Shown: piece by piece, positions 28,741 to 35,651 of the stretch
Layout: the number at the start of each line of letters is the position of its first letter
Position numbering within the stretch: position 1 is the first letter of the stretch
Assembly: GCA_964613185.1 (NCBI GenBank)
Contig: CAZTIP010000003.1
Coordinates: 2,987-66,986 of the forward strand
From: Candidatus Woesearchaeota archaeon
GTDB lineage: Archaea; Nanobdellota; Nanobdellia; Pacearchaeales; GW2011-AR1
Reading direction: 5' to 3'
DNA length: 64,000 nucleotides
Notes under the pieces: generated by a model
The model's database searches: none
The model's input: the letters and a program-made list of their open reading frames with translations, nothing else
What the model was told of the DNA's origin: nothing
Made by a program: the position numbers and the translations under genes

Positions 28741-29208
28741 TTAAATCCTCATGAACTCGCCATAACTTCCATCATGATTAACTGAATAAATAATCCACTC
28801 CTTATTTTTAACACCTGGCATTCCTGGACTTCCAGCAGGCATTCCTGGAAGTGCTATTCCTGCAATATCTGGCTTTTCTTCAAGCAATTTATTTATTGCA
28901 TCAATTGGAATATGGCCTTCAACAAAATAATCTCCAAACATGGAGGTATGACAACTCCTCAATTCTGAAGGAATTCCCTTTTCATCCTTAAACCAATCTA
29001 CAGTTTCAAATTTATTAACATTAACACTAAATCCTTCTCCTGAAAGATATTTAGAATGAGAGCCACAACATCCACAACTTGCAGATTTATACATCTGAAC
29101 ATCTGCAAGATCTCCGTAAGAAACTGTATTCCCTGTGATGCTTGGACCAATCAAAAAAAAAGTAAGGAGAAGTAAACTTCCCGCTAAAAAATAGATTCCT
29201 TTTGCCAT
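28741..29208 (-). CDS. DUF411-family metal-binding (copper-resistance-associated) protein
   Basis: SCGCCGSH...SCHTSMFGDYFVEGHIP are characteristic DUF411 motifs. Signal anchor at the N-terminus. Confidence 0.7.
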   Translation of the reverse strand: MAKGIYFLAGSLLLLTFFLIGPSITGNTVSYGDLADVQMYKSASCGCCGSHSKYLSGEGFSVNVNKFETVDWFKDEKGIPSELRSCHTSMFGDYFVEGHIPIDAINKLLEEKPDIAGIALPGMPAGSPGMPGVKNKEWIIYSVNHDGSYGEFMRI

Positions 29209-29220
29209 CTTATTTAAAAA

Positions 29221-29442
29221 TTAACAACCCCCAACCATTCCGGAAGAACTCGCACTAGAAGAAACTGTTTTTGCAGAAGTAGTTCCAACATCCATTAACA
29301 CATTAAGTGTCGCTGTCTGCCAAACAACTACCAAAGATAAAACGCCTAAAACAACTCCTGCAATAATCCAAAAAGTTTTTTTATCCATATCCATATTAAC
29401 AACCACCAACCATACCCCCACTGGCTTGGGAACCTTTTTCAA
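29221..29442 (-). CDS. Small membrane/secreted protein ending in SSGMVGGC
   Basis: TM helix followed by a Ser-rich tail ...SSSASSSGMVGGC*. Overlaps the upstream ORF by 47 nt. Confidence 0.4.
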   Translation of the reverse strand: MKKVPKPVGVWLVVVNMDMDKKTFWIIAGVVLGVLSLVVVWQTATLNVLMDVGTTSAKTVSSSASSSGMVGGC

Positions 29443-30052
29443 TACCCCTATATTTATTACTCGCTAAATTAATATAATCTTTTGAATCAATTCCCTGAGC
29501 TTCTAAAGCAGCTGCCTTAGCTTCATGAATTCCTGGGAAGAACAACACTTTCCATTTTCCAATTTCTGCCAAAATTTCTTCATTAGTATAATCATCACCA
29601 TGTTCAACAACTAAATATTTCCCAAGTCCCCTCATTGCATAACTATGTGCACATCCACATGCAGCACTACCGTCATCAAAAATAATCGATTTTGCACCAC
29701 AACAATATTCGCAACTAATTTCACTTGTTATATCTATATATCTTTGTAGATTATCTCCCGTAAGTTCCATTGTTCTATCCAAATTACTCATTACCCCAAT
29801 TGTAGCATCTGCTTGAAGAGGGTCACTCGCAGAAACATCATCATAACTAACTCCCAATTCAACACCATAAATCTCGGGAACACCAGTAGGAATTATTTCG
29901 CTAGAACTTCCAGAAGGAACATTCCCCAACCCGGAAGAATATCCAGAAAGTAAAATACTATTATAAGAAAACAAAACAATCAAAACTACTAATGCAACAA
30001 TCGCAACAACTTCTGCATTTCCCATTTTAAATTTCTTTTTTGAGTTAACCAT
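29396..30052 (-). CDS. Membrane-anchored Cys-rich protein (CEYCCG, ACGC) ending in SGGMVGGC
   Basis: N-terminal signal-anchor KMGNAEVVAIVALVVLIVLF. Cys clusters. C-terminus ...GSQASGGMVGGC*. Confidence 0.45.
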   Translation of the reverse strand: MVNSKKKFKMGNAEVVAIVALVVLIVLFSYNSILLSGYSSGLGNVPSGSSSEIIPTGVPEIYGVELGVSYDDVSASDPLQADATIGVMSNLDRTMELTGDNLQRYIDITSEISCEYCCGAKSIIFDDGSAACGCAHSYAMRGLGKYLVVEHGDDYTNEEILAEIGKWKVLFFPGIHEAKAAALEAQGIDSKDYINLASNKYRGIEKGSQASGGMVGGC

Positions 30053-30135
30053 AATAAATTTAGAAATAAATAGTATTTAAACAATTTGGTGAAACTAGTT
30101 TCATTCAAATATAAAAAGATAAATTAACAGCTTCA

Positions 30136-31146
30136 TTAAATAGCCGAATAAATTTTAAAATTCTCCTTGCCATCAACTTCCAAAACTCCTAAGGCTCCTT
30201 TATCCAATCTTGCCAAAGCATGATCTACAAGTAAATAATTTCCTGGAACTTCTAAATCAAATTCTACTACCGTAGCCCCTCCAGCAGGAACAATAGTAGT
30301 CTGAATATTTTTATGAATTGAAGAAAAAGAAGCCTCGGGATAAACTTTATCAAAAATCTCTCCAATTACATGAAATGAGGAAATTAAAGAAACTCCTGCA
30401 TTTCCAAAATAAATCCTGACCCTTTCCCCAACTTTTGCCTTTAATGGATTTTCCACCAATGCAGATTTTTTCCCATTAAAAATTACATAATTAGGATTTT
30501 CGGAATCCAACCTGGAATAATCAAACTTCATCAACCCATTTTCTCCAATAACATACAATTCTCCTTGAACAACATAAAATTCCTTATCAACTTTAGACAA
30601 TCCTTCTTTAGGCTCTACCAAAATCATTCCGTACATTCCATTAGCTATATGTTCTGGAATAATTTGCGTTGCACAATGATAAACAAAAAGTCCCGGATTA
30701 ATAGCTTTAAATCTAAATGTCTTAGTTTCTCCAGGTTCAACTTGGGTCAAAACAGCTCCACCTCCCGGACCGGTAACTGCATGCAAATCAATAGAATGAG
30801 GGTTTTTACTTGATTCATCATTTTTCAAAGTCATTTCAACAGTATCTCCTTCTCTAACTCTAATCAAAGGTCCAGGAATTGCACCCCCATAAGTCCAATA
30901 ATCATAAAAAACTCCTGGTTCAATTTCTGAAGAAACTTCTTTAGCAATTAAAGAAATTTTTACAACATCCTCATAATCTCTTTCAATTTTCAAAGGCATT
31001 GATGAAGCACTTAACGAAATATCTTCAACAACTTCTAAATCGCTAGATTCAAAAGAAATCCCGGAATTATCATAAAAAAGAATAGAAAAAATTCCGAAAG
31101 ATAAAACAAGAATTCCTAGAAAAATAAAAATAGGTTTAAATCTCAT
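30136..31146 (-). CDS. nirK: Copper-containing nitrite reductase (NirK-type two-domain multicopper oxidase)
   Basis: HSIDLHA (T2Cu His pair plus catalytic Asp). VYHCATQIIPEHIANGMYGMILV (T1Cu Cys-His-Met plus T2 His). C-terminal LLVDHAL His. N-terminal signal anchor. 336 aa. Confidence 0.7.
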   Translation of the reverse strand: MRFKPIFIFLGILVLSFGIFSILFYDNSGISFESSDLEVVEDISLSASSMPLKIERDYEDVVKISLIAKEVSSEIEPGVFYDYWTYGGAIPGPLIRVREGDTVEMTLKNDESSKNPHSIDLHAVTGPGGGAVLTQVEPGETKTFRFKAINPGLFVYHCATQIIPEHIANGMYGMILVEPKEGLSKVDKEFYVVQGELYVIGENGLMKFDYSRLDSENPNYVIFNGKKSALVENPLKAKVGERVRIYFGNAGVSLISSFHVIGEIFDKVYPEASFSSIHKNIQTTIVPAGGATVVEFDLEVPGNYLLVDHALARLDKGALGVLEVDGKENFKIYSAI

Positions 31147-31556
31147 TTATCATCTACCATAAAATAACCCCCCATACTTAAATGTCCAGGTCCGCACATC
31201 ACAGAACAAGTAAGTCTTACCTTTCCAGGTTTTGTAACTTTAAATTTAATAATTTTAACTTGCCCGGGAGAAATTCTTTCATTTATATCATAACCTGAAA
31301 TAAAAATTCCATGAGTTACATCCGAACTAGTAACTTTAAGACGAAGAGTATCCCCAACTTTTGCAGAAATATTATGTTCAAAGCCAAGTTTATTAATCAC
31401 AACATCAAATTCTTTAACTTCGCCAGAATCGCCAATTCCAAAAATAATTGATAATAAAATACTTGTGACAAAAACTAATGTAAAAACCAAAGATTTATTT
31501 AAATCTTTAAATTTAAACTTGTTTCCATTTATGGACTTTTTTTTCGAAATCTTCAT
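31143..31556 (-). CDS. Membrane-anchored cupredoxin with COX2-type binuclear CuA motif
   Basis: DVTHGIF...(35 aa)...CSVMCGPGHLSM matches H-x34-C-x3-C-G-x2-H-x2-M and aligns with COX2 (DVLHSW...CSEICGSNHSFM). Its stop overlaps the NirK start (ATGA). Confidence 0.55.
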   Translation of the reverse strand: MKISKKKSINGNKFKFKDLNKSLVFTLVFVTSILLSIIFGIGDSGEVKEFDVVINKLGFEHNISAKVGDTLRLKVTSSDVTHGIFISGYDINERISPGQVKIIKFKVTKPGKVRLTCSVMCGPGHLSMGGYFMVDDK

Positions 31557-31604
31557 AAATTAATTAAAATCACTTATTATTTAAATAATTTGGCGAAACT
31601 AGTT

Positions 31605-32081
31605 TCATTTCAAAACAATAATATTATTCATCCCTTTTCTCTTCCTTTCAATAATCTGTTTAGCCTCAAGTTTATCCATCAAACGAGTTATTTTAACCTT
31701 ACTAGAATTAATTTCTTCCATCAAATCCTTCTGGAGAAAACTTCCATTTTCCCTTTTTAAAATTTCAACAACTTTCTTTTCATCGAAATCTAACCCCTTT
31801 AAATCTATTTTCTTTTCCTTAACTCGTTCCTTAACTTTTTTAACTATGATTTTTTCAGATTCCTTTGAAAAAATAAGGAATACACCTATAAAGAAAACTA
31901 ATCCTGCAATCGCCAAACTAAGGTTTGTTTGCATTGCAAGAGTATCATACATCTGACAAGTTTCTCCATGAGTGCAAGTATCTGCAACAATTTTTTTTAA
32001 AGCAGAATTAAAGAGTGAAATAATTATTCCAATAAAAATAGAAATCCCAACAATCAAAAACCCTACATTCTTGTTTTTCAT
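31605..32081 (-). CDS. Membrane-anchored winged-helix (MarR/ArsR-like) putative transcriptional regulator with an extracytoplasmic CTHGETC motif
   Basis: TM helix, CTHGETC, second TM helix, then a C-terminal wHTH ...SKVKITRLMDKLEAKQIIERKRKGMNNIIVLK. Confidence 0.45.
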   Translation of the reverse strand: MKNKNVGFLIVGISIFIGIIISLFNSALKKIVADTCTHGETCQMYDTLAMQTNLSLAIAGLVFFIGVFLIFSKESEKIIVKKVKERVKEKKIDLKGLDFDEKKVVEILKRENGSFLQKDLMEEINSSKVKITRLMDKLEAKQIIERKRKGMNNIIVLK

Positions 32082-32143
32082 AAACTAGATAAATCTTTAA
32101 CCTATATAAAACTTTATAAGTAAAAATTAGCTTTCAAAACTAT

Positions 32144-32227
32144 GTGGGGATGCCGGAGTGGCCAAACGGGCTGGACTTAAGATCCAGTAGCTTAGTGCTT
32201 ACGGGGGTTCGAATCCTCCTCCCCACA
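32144..32227 (+). tRNA. tRNA-Leu (anticodon TAA), class II
   Basis: Acceptor GTGGGGA/TCCCCAC. Anticodon stem CTGGA/TCCAG with loop CTTAAGA. Long variable arm. T-arm GGGGG-TTCGAAT-CCTCC. Confidence 0.85.
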
Positions 32228-32258
32228 TATCCCTAATTTTCAAACAATTAATTTCAAA

Positions 32259-32852
32259 CTAATTCTTCCTAGAAAAAAATTTCCAAACAAAATATTGAAA
32301 TAATTGAGTAGGTAAAACAATAAGTAAAAAGGCAATTGGAACCCAAAGAATTGAAAGGTTATCTGTTTCGAAAAAATTACTAAAAAGGAAAACATAATTA
32401 GGATTATCTATCGGATTTGAAAATAAAGAAACAAAAAAGTAAATTAAAATAGTAATGCCAAAAGAATAATAAAGAGAAATTTTAGAAGGTTTAATTTTAT
32501 AAGTAAAGAAGAATGCAAAAAAAGTAGATGCATGAAAAAATAAAGTCAATAAAATAATAAAGGGAGGAACCCTTAATAAAAATTCAACACCTTCAAAAAA
32601 AGAAATTCCGGAGAAAACCAAAATAAGAACGCTCACAAAATAAATAGTTTGAGGAATTAATCCCAAATTGATAACACCTTTAATAAATTGTTCATCATCC
32701 AAAAAAAACCCAAGAGCATACAAAACAATAACAAAGTCACAAAGCCAAAAAAAGTAAATATAATCAATAAGAACATTTCGAACTACTGCAACAATTTGTA
32801 AGAGTACAAAGAAAACTCCTGCAAGAAAATAAAAATCTCTCTTTCTCATCAA
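32259..32852 (-). CDS. Hypothetical polytopic membrane protein (197 aa)
   Basis: Six or more TM helices. No motif recognised. Confidence 0.35.
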   Translation of the reverse strand: MMRKRDFYFLAGVFFVLLQIVAVVRNVLIDYIYFFWLCDFVIVLYALGFFLDDEQFIKGVINLGLIPQTIYFVSVLILVFSGISFFEGVEFLLRVPPFIILLTLFFHASTFFAFFFTYKIKPSKISLYYSFGITILIYFFVSLFSNPIDNPNYVFLFSNFFETDNLSILWVPIAFLLIVLPTQLFQYFVWKFFSRKN

Positions 32853-32938
32853 ATCTAAAAGAAAAACCCCCTTATATAATTTTAGAAAAATTTTGATAGG
32901 AATTGGAAATAGAAATTGCTAAAGTAAGGATTGGAAAA

Positions 32939-33014
32939 TAGCGAGAGCGGGATTTGAACCACGCGACCTTGAGGTTATGGGCCTCACGAGCTGACCAGAC
33001 TGCTCCATCTCGCT
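32939..33014 (-). tRNA. tRNA-Met (anticodon CAT). The A1:U72 pair suggests the initiator.
   Basis: Reverse complement AGCGAGA...TGAGG-CCCATAA-CCTCA...GGTTCAAATCC...TCTCGCT-A. Confidence 0.8.
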
Positions 33015-33067
33015 ATAAAATTAACTATTGGAAAAGCATTATAAAGCTTTCTCTTCTTTAATTAATC

Positions 33068-33724
33068 ATGACAAAAATTATAGGGATTGATGATGCAGGG
33101 AGAGGTCCGGTTTTAGGACCAATGATTTTAGCAGGAGTTTTAGTCGAAGAAAAAGATAATGAAATAATAAAATCGTGGGGGGCAAAAGATTCTAAATTAT
33201 TAACTCCAAAAAAAAGAGCAGAAATAAAAGAAAAAATATTAACTAATTTCAAGAATCACATAGAAATTTCACTGCCTATAGAAATTGATGAATCTTCAAA
33301 TTTAAATTATCTAGAAGCAATAAAAACTGCAATGATTATAAATAAATTATCCGAAAATCAAGAAGAAGAAATAAAAGTTTTTGTAGATTGTCCATCCACC
33401 AATATAGAAAGTTGGTCAAATGATGTTCAAAAATTAATAAAAAATCCTGAAAAAATAATTTTAATTTGCGAACACAAAGCAGATTTAAATCATCCAGTAG
33501 TTTCTGCTGCTTCAATTCTTGCAAAAGAAAAAAGAGAAAATGAATTAAAAAAATTAAGGGAGGAATTGGAAATTGATTTTGGAAGCGGATATCCTGCAGA
33601 TCCAAAAACAAAAAAATTCTTAAGAGAAAATTTTCAAAACGAAAAATATGCAAAAATAATTCGTTTCTCTTGGAAAACTGTTAAAAAATTATTCGAGAGA
33701 AAATCTCAAGAAAAATTATTCTAG
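33068..33724 (+). CDS. rnhB: Ribonuclease HII
   Basis: IGIDDAGRGPVLGPMILAGV catalytic N-terminus. 218 aa. Confidence 0.9.
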   Translation: MTKIIGIDDAGRGPVLGPMILAGVLVEEKDNEIIKSWGAKDSKLLTPKKRAEIKEKILTNFKNHIEISLPIEIDESSNLNYLEAIKTAMIINKLSENQEEEIKVFVDCPSTNIESWSNDVQKLIKNPEKIILICEHKADLNHPVVSAASILAKEKRENELKKLREELEIDFGSGYPADPKTKKFLRENFQNEKYAKIIRFSWKTVKKLFERKSQEKLF

Positions 33725-33756
33725 AATAAAAAAATAAAAAAATAAAATTTTGATTA

Positions 33757-33975
33757 TTAGCCTAAATCTATATCTAAATCTATATCTAAAAAATCAAGTT
33801 CAGATTCAATACTCTCTAAATCTGTCAAATCCTGAGTAAGAGAATCAAGTTCCCCCTCACTCAAAACTTCTGAATTTGCAGAGTTATTTGATGAACCGCC
33901 ATCCATAATTAGATATCCCGTTCCAGCAACTAACAAAAGGACAAATCCTAAAACTAATAAATTTTTTGATTCCAT
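33757..33975 (-). CDS. Small secreted acidic protein whose C-terminus is encoded by a 12-nt tandem repeat
   Basis: Signal peptide followed by an acidic tail ...DFLDIDLDIDLG. The DNA contains aaatctatatct x2. Confidence 0.3.
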   Translation of the reverse strand: MESKNLLVLGFVLLLVAGTGYLIMDGGSSNNSANSEVLSEGELDSLTQDLTDLESIESELDFLDIDLDIDLG

Positions 33976-34811
33976 TAGTTTGTTTTAATTTCTTTTACAA
34001 TTTTCTTCAAATCTTTGTAAGAATTTCTTAAATATTGATTTGCCTCTTTTACAAAAGCATTTCCTTCCTTAAACAATCTGTCTGCGTCTTGAATATTTTC
34101 AATTTCTACATACTTATCCTTAGCATTTTGATGATTTTCTTTAGCTAAATCAATCTTTTCATTAAAATCGATTAACCAAGCTTCTAAATCAGTAGTATCT
34201 TTTCCTTTTGCCTTAAGTCTGTCAACTTTGCTTTCTATTTTCTCAGATGCAGTTTCTGCATCACTAATTAAAGACAAAAGTTTAGAGTTCATTACTTCTC
34301 CGACAATTCTTTTAGCAGAAGGTTTTACTTTTTGCCATCGATTTTTTATGACCTTTGCAATTTCTTTAAGTTCTTCTTTAGTTGTAGCATCATTTATTTC
34401 GGATTGCTTTCCTTCAAGCCAAGAAATATCGGAAATCAATTCGTTATGAATTCTTGTTTTATCAGAATCACTCAAACTAGGTTCTCCTTCAACATAGGAA
34501 TCAATCATTTTCAAATAACTAATCAAAGTTTTATCTGCTTTTAATAAGAAATTTTTTCCTTTATCTAAAGCACCTTGAAGATCATCTGAATTTTTGTACC
34601 TCTTATATTTATCTCTTGCAGTTACCCAATCTTTTTTAGCACCTGTGTAAAAATTCTTAGTTTTAAGATATTCAACTTTAGCAGCATTATATTTACTTAC
34701 CGCAGTTTTATCCCACTCTCCAAGAGTTTTCGCACTAGTTATTGGAACAATACTAAACAAAAATATCGCCATTACCAAAACAGCACAGATTTTTGATGTT
34801 TGTGTTTTCAT
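33975..34811 (-). CDS. Secreted alpha-helical hypothetical protein (278 aa)
   Basis: Signal peptide and a Lys/Glu-rich helical composition. Confidence 0.4.
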   Translation of the reverse strand: MKTQTSKICAVLVMAIFLFSIVPITSAKTLGEWDKTAVSKYNAAKVEYLKTKNFYTGAKKDWVTARDKYKRYKNSDDLQGALDKGKNFLLKADKTLISYLKMIDSYVEGEPSLSDSDKTRIHNELISDISWLEGKQSEINDATTKEELKEIAKVIKNRWQKVKPSAKRIVGEVMNSKLLSLISDAETASEKIESKVDRLKAKGKDTTDLEAWLIDFNEKIDLAKENHQNAKDKYVEIENIQDADRLFKEGNAFVKEANQYLRNSYKDLKKIVKEIKTN

Positions 34812-34940
34812 TTTTTTACCTCCCTGAAATTTAATTCAACCATAAAAAACCTTAGGATTTTTTATTTATAAGAATACTTTTCTAAAGCTTCATAAAGCTT
34901 TCTTCGAAAGTTTATTAAAAGGTTTTAACTTTTTAATCCA

Positions 34941-35606
34941 ATGAGAAAAAGAATAATTATTTTTTTAATATTTTCTTTTATTTTTATAAATTTTGTAGAA
35001 GCGTCATCTTTAAAGGGAACAACTTACGGGCCAGATTTGGAAATTTTAACAAACACACTAATCGATATAGAATCTGATTCAAAACAATCATATGTATCAA
35101 AAAATGGGGAATACCAATTCAATTTAGAATCTGGAAATTACATAATTGAAGCAGAGTACTATTTAGAAGGACTCTTGCTTTATTCAAGTGAAGAAAATAT
35201 CACAATCAACGGAGAAAACGAAATAATATTTGATTTAATATTATTCCCTTCAAGTCAAGAAAACATTTTTGAGGATTATCCTGAATTCGACAACAGCACA
35301 TTTAACCAAGAGGATAATTTCAGAGATTATATTTTAATGATTTTAATTTTATTATTTCTTTCAATTTTATATTTAAAAAAAGATTCATTAAAAAAATTAT
35401 TAAAAAAACCAGAAATTCCTGAAGATTTAAAAGAAGTTATAAAAATAATTCAAGAAAATGGAAAAAGAATAAATCAAAAAGAATTAAGAAAAAGGTTGCC
35501 ATATTCTGAAGCAAAAACTAGTTTAATTATTGCGGATCTAGAATCAAGAAAGTTAATTAAAAAAATAAAACGTGGAAGGGGAAATATTCTCTTCCTAAGA
35601 AATTAA
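34941..35606 (+). CDS. Membrane-anchored winged-helix putative regulator with extracytoplasmic domain (paralog of 31605..32081)
   Basis: Signal peptide, ~130-aa extracytoplasmic domain, TM helix, then a C-terminal wHTH ...EAKTSLIIADLESRKLIKKIKRGRGNILFLRN, similar to ...ITRLMDKLEAKQIIERKRKGMNNIIVLK. Confidence 0.45.
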   Translation: MRKRIIIFLIFSFIFINFVEASSLKGTTYGPDLEILTNTLIDIESDSKQSYVSKNGEYQFNLESGNYIIEAEYYLEGLLLYSSEENITINGENEIIFDLILFPSSQENIFEDYPEFDNSTFNQEDNFRDYILMILILLFLSILYLKKDSLKKLLKKPEIPEDLKEVIKIIQENGKRINQKELRKRLPYSEAKTSLIIADLESRKLIKKIKRGRGNILFLRN

Positions 35607-35651
35607 TCCAAATCAACAAATCCTTAAAAACCCTTTAAACTTATTTCTCTC

